Shown here in pieces: positions 18,075 to 26,328 of a DNA stretch of 62,689 bases. Each line of letters starts with the position of its first letter. Within the stretch, counting starts at the first letter, position 1. This stretch comes from Thermoplasmata archaeon (lineage in GTDB: Archaea; Thermoplasmatota; Thermoplasmata; RBG-16-68-12). Below the pieces are notes generated by a model that saw only the letters and a list, made by a program, of their open reading frames with translations, searched no databases and was not told where the DNA came from. The stretch lies in contig DATMDM010000098.1 in assembly GCA_035557795.1 (NCBI GenBank), positions 1-62,689 of the forward strand, read 5' to 3'. The position numbers and the translations under genes were made by a program.

Positions 18075-19862
18075 ATGGCCCAATCCACGGAGAAGAACTA
18101 CGCGGGGACACCGGAAGACCAAGACCGGAGGGCCTCCAGGCGCGAACGCGACGAAGCGAAGCGGATGGTCGACGACATGGACGCGAAGAAGAAGAGCAGC
18201 ACCTTCGCGGCCCTCGACTCGATCAAGAAGCGGTACTTCAACCGCCTCCTCGGGGACAGGGGCATCAAGGTCAAGTCGCCGAAGGTGAGCAGCGTCGAAG
18301 AGACGAGCCTCGGCAAGATCACGACGATCCCGAAGATCGTTCAGCAGAACATGAACGAGATCGAGATCCAGCCGATTCTGAAGAATTTCTCGTATGTCCG
18401 GATCCTGTACGACACGATGGCGAACGAGTACTTCTACGAGGCGATCGAACCGAAGCTGATCGAGGAGGAGTCGGAACTTCTCGATGTCCTCAAGGAGATC
18501 CTCGTGGAGAACCTCGAGATGCTGGACGACGCGGACCGCCCGAGGAAAGAAAACTACCTACGGCGGATCGTGGACGGCCTCCTCCGGGAGCTCGGCGTCG
18601 AGCTCCATCCCGTGTCGAAAGAACGCGTCCTCTATTACGTGTATCGTGACTTCATCCGATACGGCCCGATCGACGTCGTCATGACGGACGTTCAGGTCGA
18701 AGATGTCTCGTGCGACGGAGTTCGTGTGCCGCTCTACATCTACCACCGCAAGTACGGCTCGATTCCGTCGAACCTCAAGTTCGAAAACGCGGAGGAGCTC
18801 GACTCGTTCGTCGTGTGGCTCGCGCAGCGGTCGGGGAAGCACATTTCGGTCGCGCAACCCATGCTCGACGCGACGATCCCGGACGGTTCGCGTCTGCAGG
18901 CCACCCTCGGCATGCACGTCACGAAGCGAGGATCCTCGTTCACGATCCGGCGGTTCCGGGAGAACCCCTTCACCCCGCTCGACCTCGTCCGATTTAAGAC
19001 GATGTCGCCCGAGATGATGGCGTATCTGTGGCTCGCGATCGAGAACGGCCAATCGATGCTGATCTGCGGAGGCACGGCTTCCGGGAAGACGACGACCCTG
19101 AACGCGATCCTGCTGTTCATCCCGCCCCAGATGAAAATCGTGTCCATCGAGGACACGCGGGAACTGAACCTCCCCCACGAGAACTGGGTCCCGCTGCTCA
19201 CCCGCGCCGGGTTCGGAGGTCGGGTCGTGGCCACGGGAAAGCCCGCGGGCGAGATCGACATGTTCGACCTGCTCACTGCCGCGCTCCGTCAGCGCCCGCA
19301 GTACATGATGATCGGAGAGGTCCGTGGACCCGAGGCGTTCGTCGTGTTCCAGGCCATGGCGACCGGCAAGTCCGCATACACGACGTTCCACGCAGACGAC
19401 GTCCAGGCCATGGTCCACCGGCTCGAGAACGACCCGATCAACCTGCCGCGGGCCCTCGTCGCGGCCCTCGACATCGTCCTGCTTCAGGCGCAGGTGAAGG
19501 TCGGCACGGACATGACCCGGCGCGTGAAGGCGATCGTCGAGGTCGTCGGGACGGACCCGGAGTCGAACGAGCTGATCACGAACTCGGCGTACACCTGGAA
19601 CCCGGCGGATGACACGTTCAACTACTCCGGTCACTCGTACGTCTACGAGAAGATCTCCCTCGCCCGGAACTGGAACCAGCGGAGGATGGAACAGGAGGTC
19701 AAGCGCCGCCTGGACATCTTCGAGTACATGAAGCGGATGGAGATCAAGAACTACCGGGATGTCGCGAAGATCGTGTCGTCGTACTACAAGGACCCGGACG
19801 GCATGATCAAGATCATCCGCGACACGCTGCAAGCGCAAGGCGTGGCGGTGCCCGCGGCCTGA
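18075..19862 (+). CDS. Type IV filament assembly ATPase (PilB/ArlI/VirB11 family), copy 2
   Basis: GSSFTIRRF, GGTASGKT, SIEDTRELNLPHENW, YMMIGEVRG, TFHAD. Roughly 55-60% identical to copy 1 by eye over the core. It has a longer Lys/Asp-rich N-terminus. Confidence 0.9.
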   Translation: MAQSTEKNYAGTPEDQDRRASRRERDEAKRMVDDMDAKKKSSTFAALDSIKKRYFNRLLGDRGIKVKSPKVSSVEETSLGKITTIPKIVQQNMNEIEIQPILKNFSYVRILYDTMANEYFYEAIEPKLIEEESELLDVLKEILVENLEMLDDADRPRKENYLRRIVDGLLRELGVELHPVSKERVLYYVYRDFIRYGPIDVVMTDVQVEDVSCDGVRVPLYIYHRKYGSIPSNLKFENAEELDSFVVWLAQRSGKHISVAQPMLDATIPDGSRLQATLGMHVTKRGSSFTIRRFRENPFTPLDLVRFKTMSPEMMAYLWLAIENGQSMLICGGTASGKTTTLNAILLFIPPQMKIVSIEDTRELNLPHENWVPLLTRAGFGGRVVATGKPAGEIDMFDLLTAALRQRPQYMMIGEVRGPEAFVVFQAMATGKSAYTTFHADDVQAMVHRLENDPINLPRALVAALDIVLLQAQVKVGTDMTRRVKAIVEVVGTDPESNELITNSAYTWNPADDTFNYSGHSYVYEKISLARNWNQRRMEQEVKRRLDIFEYMKRMEIKNYRDVAKIVSSYYKDPDGMIKIIRDTLQAQGVAVPAA

Positions 19863-19869
19863 CGCGGCC

Positions 19870-21003
19870 TTACGGAGCCGCTCGGCGGACGCCGAGGGAG
19901 AACGCTCCCGATGCCGCGAGGCAGCCCCCGAGGACCAGGAACAGGATGGCATTCGCATTCCGTGCGAGGAGCCATCCGGCGAGCGCCGCGCCCAGCGATC
20001 CGATGCCGAAGACACTCAAGAACGTGAAGCCGAAGGCCAGCCCGCGAAGCGGCCGCGGCACTTCTCCGGTGACGAGCGTGTTCTGAAGCGGCTCGAGGGA
20101 GAACAGGAGAAAGCCGAACACCAGGGCGGCGGCGATGAAGGCGCCTCCCGGAGGGAGGAACGCCAGGAGGGCGAGAAGCGAGGCGGCCGCCGCGGACAAC
20201 GGGAACAAGATCCGCTCGGGTCGACGGCGGTCGGCGAGACGACCGGACAAGACTTGCCCGATCGCGCCGAGTGCGAGACCCAGCGCGAAGAACCCAGCTC
20301 CGACGAACCGAGGGAGAAAGGTGAGCCCGCCTTGATACGCGAACCCCGCGAACATGTAGACGAGGAGGATGAACACGAACGAGCGACGCAACAGGACGAC
20401 CTGCGGGCGGCTCGAACCGGGCACGGGAGTGGTCTCGGCCGGCAACCGCGCGACGGCGAGCAGGGCCAGCGCGACGAGGCCCGGGATGACGAGAAGGCCG
20501 GCGACAGGCCGCCACGACCAGCCGACGGCCAGCGCCGTGCCGACGTACGCAGGGCCTGCCGCGATCCCGAGGCTTCCGCCCATCCCGTGCCATCCCATGC
20601 CGCGGCCTTGTTCGGCCACGGCGCGGGAGATGATCGACAGCCCCGTGGGATGGTAGATCCCCGAGAAAAGGCCTAAGGCGCCCAGGGAGACGGTCAGGAG
20701 AGGGATCGACGGGCTCGCCGCGACCCCCAGCATCGACACGGCGATCCCCGCGGCACAAAGGAGCAGGAGGCGGGCGGGCGTCCCCCGGTCCGCAAGGAAG
20801 CCGAACGGGACGGCCCCGAGGCCGTAGAAGCCGTATCCGGCCGCCGCGAGGAGCCCCAGAGTCACGTCGTCCGCGCCGAACTCCATCTTCCAGGCGAGCA
20901 AGAAGACGGGGATCGACAAGATGTTCGCATGGACCACGCCGTGGAGGAAGCCGAGGACGGCCACGATTCGCCGATCCTCCCGTCGCATCCGGGGCCGCAT
21001 CAC
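19870..21003 (-). CDS. Major facilitator superfamily transporter
   Basis: 377 aa, about 12 hydrophobic segments, and a GxLADRxGRR-like loop (GRLADRRRPERI). Confidence 0.85.
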   Translation of the reverse strand: MMRPRMRREDRRIVAVLGFLHGVVHANILSIPVFLLAWKMEFGADDVTLGLLAAAGYGFYGLGAVPFGFLADRGTPARLLLLCAAGIAVSMLGVAASPSIPLLTVSLGALGLFSGIYHPTGLSIISRAVAEQGRGMGWHGMGGSLGIAAGPAYVGTALAVGWSWRPVAGLLVIPGLVALALLAVARLPAETTPVPGSSRPQVVLLRRSFVFILLVYMFAGFAYQGGLTFLPRFVGAGFFALGLALGAIGQVLSGRLADRRRPERILFPLSAAAASLLALLAFLPPGGAFIAAALVFGFLLFSLEPLQNTLVTGEVPRPLRGLAFGFTFLSVFGIGSLGAALAGWLLARNANAILFLVLGGCLAASGAFSLGVRRAAP

Positions 21004-21237
21004 CCGGGTGAGATAAGGACTTCTGCGGTCACATCCGCAGGATCGCGCGGACCGCTCCCGGAATCTCGAGGACCAGGCTCACGACGACCAACCAGAGTCG
21101 CCACGCCCCGCGAGGGAATTGCATGACAACGAAGAGGGCGAGGCAGGCCCATGGTCCTTTGGGAATCGTTCGGCCCACGCCGAACCGGCACGGCCGAACG
21201 ACACACCGAGTGGGAGCGCGTCACGCGGCGAGCGGGC

Positions 21238-24200
21238 TCACAAGTCTTCTTCCTTCGAATCCTCGTCGTCGTTCGTTTCGGACTGGGATGCGGCTTCCTC
21301 GTCTTCCACCGCCTTCTTGACGATCTTCTTCTGGATGAGCGGTTGGGGCGTGATCGCCTTGCGAATCACGCGGCGCGGAATCGCGTCCGTTGCGGGAGCT
21401 CCGGCGGGGGCGCCCGACACGACGGTCGTCGCGGCTTGCGACGCAGAGGGAGTCTCGGACGGCGCGGCCCCACGGATCGGCTGGCGGGCCGCGGATGGGA
21501 CTTGGACGACGGCCGCACCGCCCCCGCCGCCGCTCGGTGGGCGCTGCACTTCGCGCATGAGCGATCCGCACTTGTGGCAGACGTTGGCCGTCACGGAGTT
21601 GAGCGTGCCGCACGTCGGGCACGGCTTCGAGCCCATCTTGCGCATCTCCTCTTCCTCCCGGAGCCAGTCTTCGAACGTCACGAAGGTGGGTTGTTTCTTC
21701 CACCACTCCTGGAAATCGCGGTCCGAGAGATCGCGTCCGAGTTCCTTCGACGCCTCTTGACGCAGTTTCGACACGACTTCGTCGTACTGCAGACGCATCT
21801 TCCCCTCGTAGTCCGCCATTTCGACCTCGCCGGTCGCGAACTCGACGCCGCACTCCGGACACGACTTCACGTCGAGCGGGATCCAAGCCTGGCAGTTCGA
21901 GCACTTCGCCATGTCCTTCTCGAACTCGACCCCGCACTTCGGGCAGGTCGTCGCGTCCTCCGGGATGAAGGCGCCGCACTCGCCGCACTCGACCATCTTG
22001 CCGAGGCCATAGACTTTCCAGTACACCGTGATGCCGGCCACCACCGCGACGGCGGCGCCGAGGATGACCAGGAAGAGCCACCACGGGACGCCGAGGATCG
22101 GGACGGGGCTGCTCAGGAACGGCAGGGTCTTCTTCACCGTGATCGACTGGGTCTGCGGCCCGATGATGCCGGACGACGGCGTGACGACGACGTCGTAGGG
22201 ACCATCCGCGAGCCCCGACGGCACGTTGACGGTGCCGAGGAAGAATCCGTCGCTCTGGGTGACCGTCGTGTTGGACGCCATCACGGCGGCCCCTTGCCGC
22301 AATTCGATTGTGAGTCCGACGCCTGAGATCCCGTTGTTCGTGCTCTGATCCCGGACATACCCGGTGACGCTCAGCGAAGACCCCGGCTCGAGCGTCTGGC
22401 CCGATGTCGGCGAGAGCATCGCGACGTAGCCCAGCGGCGGCTGCACGTTCAGCGTGATTGTCGCCGTGTTGTTCGCCTCCTGCGCGGCTCCGCCCTCGTT
22501 GATTCGGTTGTCCGGATCGACCTTGAGGAGGATCTGCTGGTTGCCGGTGAGGGGAATGCCGCTCACGTTCAGCGAGACGTTCAGGAACGTCCCGATGATC
22601 CGGCCGTCCACCCGACCGATCTGGGCCGCGCCGAAGAACGCCGCGACCGAGACGTTCAACGCGGCGGTCTGGCCCGCATTGTACACGAGGACGTAGATCG
22701 TGAAGGGCTGATTCTGCCTCACGGTCCGCACGCCGGGATAGTCGCCCTGGTGCAACGCCAGGTCCGGCGGGGTGAGCGCATTCACCGAGAACGTTGCATT
22801 GTTGTTGCCCAGAACATAGTCCTTGTTGCGGATGTCGCTCCCCGTCGCGGTCTTCAGGCTGAAGGTCAGGACATGGGCTCCCGTGGACGTCGGGCGCCAG
22901 AGCACCGTGAGCGTCGCGTCGACGCCGGGACTGATGTCGAACGTGACCGGTCCACCGACCCGCTGCGCTCCCTCCCAGACCTCCAGGATCGCTCCCGCGG
23001 CGCGATTCGTCCCGATGTTGTGGGCCACGACTCGCACATGGGCGTCGTTGTTCAGGACCGGGTCGGAGGCGAACTGGACGTCCGCGGACGAAATCGCCAG
23101 GTCGGGCCAGGTGAAGAGCGTGAAGGACCGGGAGAGGATGTTGTTCCGCTCATTCGTCTCACGGGTTACGCCGCCATCGGTGACGGCGGACAGCGGCGGG
23201 TCCACGACCGCGGACACGGTCCGGCTCGACTCGAGGGCGCCGTTCGGCCGCCAGATGATCGTGGCGGTCGTCGTCGCGTTCTTCGGGACGAGCGGGAGGA
23301 CGGTGTCGTTGATCCAGACGCCGGCCGCGATATAGTCGAGCGGGGTGAAGTCCATGAGGCCGTCGCCATTCCGGTCCACGTTGTCCTCGAAGAAGCTCAC
23401 CCGGACGTTGCGGACGTTCACTTGACCGATGTTGCGGATCGTCGCCGTTACCTGAATATCCGTGTTAATCGGCTGCAGTGCAGACGCGCCGTTCCCGCCC
23501 GAGACCGTCATCGCGGTGATGCTGAGGTCTGGGGTCAGGCTGGAGAACGTGAGTTGTGAGAGCGTGTTGCCTGTCACGAGGGCGGAGGCCGGGGCGTCGG
23601 GCTGGTACGTGGTCAGGTCGACGACCGCGGATCCGGTGGCGACGTACGAGTTGTTCAGGATCCGGGCCGAGGTCGTCCGACTCTCCGCGAACGCTCGGTA
23701 CAGGATCGATCCGCCCGGGGCCGAGACGGGCCACGTCGTCGAGTTCGCGAAGTAGATGTCGTCGACCGCGGGGTCCGGGACCGTGAAGGGCGTCAGCGTA
23801 TTCGGGTCGAGGCGTTGGAGCATGATGTGGACATTCGCGTCGGCGAGGAGCGTCCCCGTCCCGTCGACCGCGTTGACGTGGAGCCACCAGTAGCGGCTCA
23901 CCTGGGCGCCTCCGGTGATCATGCCGACCCACCACGAGCCGCTCGGATCGAACGTCTGCACCGAGGTGAGTTGGACGTTCTGAGTGCCGCCGAAGACGAG
24001 TTGGGACGTCTGGACCTGGTTGAACGTGGTGTTCCGGATGTCGAGGTCGACGGTGTTCGCGTTCCCGTCGTCCGTCGTGAAGGCGAGGGTCGTGACGCCC
24101 GTGAGGGTCGCGTCCCAGAGATGCGTCGTCTGAACCGTGTCAATCCAGAGGCCGGGACCGAGGAACCCATCGCGCACCAGGGTCGCGCTCCCGCCGAACA

Positions 24201-25836
24201 GGGTCACGTTCGCGTCGATCGCCGTGTCGGACATCGTGACGCTCGAGGTAGGCCCCTCTTCGCGGAGCATGCCGGGGGAGCCGCGGGCCGCCAACGTGAG
24301 GGCGCTCCCTCGGCTCGTGACCAGCGTCCCGCCGTTCGCGACGTAAAAGGGGAGCGGGTAGTTGCTCCAGACCGTGGAGTTGACCAGGGTCAACCGGCCT
24401 CCCGAGAGGATCTTCACGTACGCCCGCGAACTGCCGTCCGAGCCTTGGTCGACGTACAGGCCGCCGTCGGTGATCGAGACGGAGCCGGAAATCTCGAGAC
24501 AGCTCGACACGGACACGGAGCCGACAATCTGCCGGTCGAACGACCAGGCGGTGACTCCGGTCGGGCACACCTGCAGACCGCTGAAGGACATCGTGACCGA
24601 TTTGGAATTGTTCGCGGCGCTGACCGCCGGGTACGGGTCGTAGAACTCGTCGCCGATCGTGCTCGAGGCCGCGTACGTCACCTGCTGGTGGTAGTTCCCG
24701 AAGGACTCGGCGTTCGGCAGGCTGGCCGTCGTGATCTGGTCCGTGAAGAGCGGGATGAGCGCGAGCCCGTCGGAGTTCGTGCGGTTCCACGCGTTCGTGC
24801 CGCTCGAGGTGCGACCAAGATACCACAGGGTGCGTGAAGTAGGCGTCGTCGCGAGGGCGTTGTCGGGATACTGCGCAGTCGTGCTGCTCGGACTGAGCGT
24901 CGACCAGACGGTCGCCCCGCTCACCGGGATCCCGCTCGAGTCGACGACGGTCGCATAGAGCCATCGCATCAAGTCCACATTGCCGCCCGCGGCGGTGGGC
25001 CGGAACGCCGGCTGCCAGTCCGCTTTCGCGGCCGGGTCTTGGGTGCGGTCGATCGTGATGTTGTACAGGTACGCGTTCGAGGTTCCATCGACGCGCAGCT
25101 CGTTGTGCGCGCCGGCTACGTTCGAGTAGTCCACTCCGAGATAGGAGTCGTAGGAGTACAGGTTGCTCGTCGCGGTCAGGAGGAGGTTTCCGGGGGTGCC
25201 GCCGGGGTATTCGTAGAGCCGTTCGATTCGAGAGCGATACAGGCTCCCGGTCGTGGTCGTCCAGGCCATCAGGGGCGCGTCGTTGTTGTCATCCGTGTTG
25301 ATGCCGAGACCGGAGAGCTCGGAATCGGTGAAGCCGGTGATCCTCGAGTCCGTGACGTTGATCGTGGCGCTCGTGGCGTTGAACCAACCGGGGAATTTCA
25401 GCGAAGCGCCGTTCTTCATCGTGAACCGGCTGTTCGCGCCCGAGACCGTGAAGGCCAGTTTCAGGAAGGGAGAAATCGAGTCCGTCTGGGTCGTGACGAT
25501 CGAGTGGTCGAGCACGAGTTCGCCGCCCGCGTTCACGTTGAGCGCGTAGCCTTCGTGCGATGTGTCCTTGGAAAAACTCAGGCCGCCGTCGGTCAGCGTG
25601 AGGCTGCCGCCGGAGTTGATGCTGATCGTGCCGTCGACCGAATAGAGGATTCCGCTGCACACTTGCGCGTTCGTGATCGTCCAGTCCCCGGTGATGACGC
25701 CACCCACCTGGTCGCAGGTTCCGGCCCGCGCGGCCGGGGCGAGCGCAAGGATCGCAGCGAACAGAGCGCCGAGGGCGACCGACCAAACGATGAGGAGCGT
25801 GGGGGCCCTCGCACTCCGTCCGGCCCGACTAGACAT
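21238..25836 (-). CDS. Giant type I surface protein: signal peptide, duplicated beta-helix-like head, CARDB-like modules, one TM helix, cytoplasmic triple zinc-ribbon tail (paralog 1)
   Basis: 1532 aa. Signal peptide LLIVWSVALGALFAAILALAPAARA-GTCDQ. Three or more PDL[SA]I...N.G CARDB-like modules. TM helix VPWWLFLVILGAAVAVVAGITVYW. Tail ribbons ECGECGAFIPEDATTCPKCGVEF, KCSNCQAWIPLDVKSCPECGVEF and PCPTCGTLNSVTANVCHKCGSLM. Acidic C-terminus. AGGTGG RBS. Confidence 0.85.
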   Translation of the reverse strand: MSSRAGRSARAPTLLIVWSVALGALFAAILALAPAARAGTCDQVGGVITGDWTITNAQVCSGILYSVDGTISINSGGSLTLTDGGLSFSKDTSHEGYALNVNAGGELVLDHSIVTTQTDSISPFLKLAFTVSGANSRFTMKNGASLKFPGWFNATSATINVTDSRITGFTDSELSGLGINTDDNNDAPLMAWTTTTGSLYRSRIERLYEYPGGTPGNLLLTATSNLYSYDSYLGVDYSNVAGAHNELRVDGTSNAYLYNITIDRTQDPAAKADWQPAFRPTAAGGNVDLMRWLYATVVDSSGIPVSGATVWSTLSPSSTTAQYPDNALATTPTSRTLWYLGRTSSGTNAWNRTNSDGLALIPLFTDQITTASLPNAESFGNYHQQVTYAASSTIGDEFYDPYPAVSAANNSKSVTMSFSGLQVCPTGVTAWSFDRQIVGSVSVSSCLEISGSVSITDGGLYVDQGSDGSSRAYVKILSGGRLTLVNSTVWSNYPLPFYVANGGTLVTSRGSALTLAARGSPGMLREEGPTSSVTMSDTAIDANVTLFGGSATLVRDGFLGPGLWIDTVQTTHLWDATLTGVTTLAFTTDDGNANTVDLDIRNTTFNQVQTSQLVFGGTQNVQLTSVQTFDPSGSWWVGMITGGAQVSRYWWLHVNAVDGTGTLLADANVHIMLQRLDPNTLTPFTVPDPAVDDIYFANSTTWPVSAPGGSILYRAFAESRTTSARILNNSYVATGSAVVDLTTYQPDAPASALVTGNTLSQLTFSSLTPDLSITAMTVSGGNGASALQPINTDIQVTATIRNIGQVNVRNVRVSFFEDNVDRNGDGLMDFTPLDYIAAGVWINDTVLPLVPKNATTTATIIWRPNGALESSRTVSAVVDPPLSAVTDGGVTRETNERNNILSRSFTLFTWPDLAISSADVQFASDPVLNNDAHVRVVAHNIGTNRAAGAILEVWEGAQRVGGPVTFDISPGVDATLTVLWRPTSTGAHVLTFSLKTATGSDIRNKDYVLGNNNATFSVNALTPPDLALHQGDYPGVRTVRQNQPFTIYVLVYNAGQTAALNVSVAAFFGAAQIGRVDGRIIGTFLNVSLNVSGIPLTGNQQILLKVDPDNRINEGGAAQEANNTATITLNVQPPLGYVAMLSPTSGQTLEPGSSLSVTGYVRDQSTNNGISGVGLTIELRQGAAVMASNTTVTQSDGFFLGTVNVPSGLADGPYDVVVTPSSGIIGPQTQSITVKKTLPFLSSPVPILGVPWWLFLVILGAAVAVVAGITVYWKVYGLGKMVECGECGAFIPEDATTCPKCGVEFEKDMAKCSNCQAWIPLDVKSCPECGVEFATGEVEMADYEGKMRLQYDEVVSKLRQEASKELGRDLSDRDFQEWWKKQPTFVTFEDWLREEEEMRKMGSKPCPTCGTLNSVTANVCHKCGSLMREVQRPPSGGGGGAAVVQVPSAARQPIRGAAPSETPSASQAATTVVSGAPAGAPATDAIPRRVIRKAITPQPLIQKKIVKKAVEDEEAASQSETNDDEDSKEEDL
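21834..22024 (-). repeat. Near-identical block shared with 30264-30454 (zinc ribbons 1-2 and the membrane-proximal tail)
   Basis: 191 nt at a constant offset of 8430 nt, about 95% identical by eye (about 97% over the last 134 nt). This is far above the identity of the ectodomain middle. Confidence 0.8.
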
Positions 25837-25916
25837 CGGACCACCTTTCGAGGTTGAGGCACCGGGCTAGCTCCTGAGAAATGCGACCGGTGGGCATGGA
25901 CCGCTGCCCATCCGGG
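25837..25916 (-). promoter_or_regulatory. Conserved 80-nt 5' leader of surface-protein paralog 1
   Basis: Same length as 32501-32580. Shares CCCGGATGG, a 15-nt identical CATGCCCACCGGTCG, and the CCTC..AGG...(A/T)TGTCTAG start context. Confidence 0.55.
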
Positions 25917-25920
25917 ACAG

Positions 25921-25933
25921 ATTCTTAAAAAGG
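25921..25933 (-). promoter_or_regulatory. TATA-like box of paralog 1
   Basis: The minus strand reads CCTTTTTAAGAAT, about 90 nt upstream of ATG 25836. Confidence 0.5.
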
Positions 25934-25942
25934 TTCTCGGAT

Positions 25943-25985
25943 GATTATCCGTCCCGATACGTAACTGTTCTCAGGCAGGAGAACA
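25943..25985. promoter_or_regulatory. Conserved promoter-upstream element with a perfect 7-6-7 palindrome
   Basis: GATTATCCGTCCCGATACGTAACTGTTCTCaggcagGAGAACA. It aligns with 32607-32649, and both lie about 10 nt beyond the TATA box. Confidence 0.55.
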
Positions 25986-26328
25986 TCCGAATTTTCCAGG
26001 AAGTCATCTTTTATCTGGCCTTGGTAATAAAAGAACAGGTTCAATCGACGGCTGTCGTCCCCGCCGGCGCCGCGTCCCCGCACCAACGAGACCCGCGGCC
26101 GTGGCGATCCTCGATGGCCTAGGATCGCACGACTCCTTCGCGCGGTGTCAGACAGGAAGTCCCGCGTTCACGCTCGACTTCGACATATGTCCGTGTACCG
26201 GGAGAAGGGCCGTCCACGCGTGCCTCGTGATTCTCACGCTATCACGGGTTGGTAACTACCACGAACAATTTATATATCGTCGGGTCGGGTGCGAGAGTGT
26301 TCTCCCTAGCCCACCGGGAGGCCATCTC

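Noticed and set aside
21151-25857. Many 100-390-aa ORFs antisense to or out of frame within the giant surface gene (for example 21151..22326, 22750..23559, 23815..24837, 25039..25857), and the equivalent set in 29762..32515
   Set aside because: The 1532-aa and 907-aa frames are supported by signal peptides, repeated domain motifs, a TM helix, zinc ribbons and mutual paralogy. The others are high-GC shadows.
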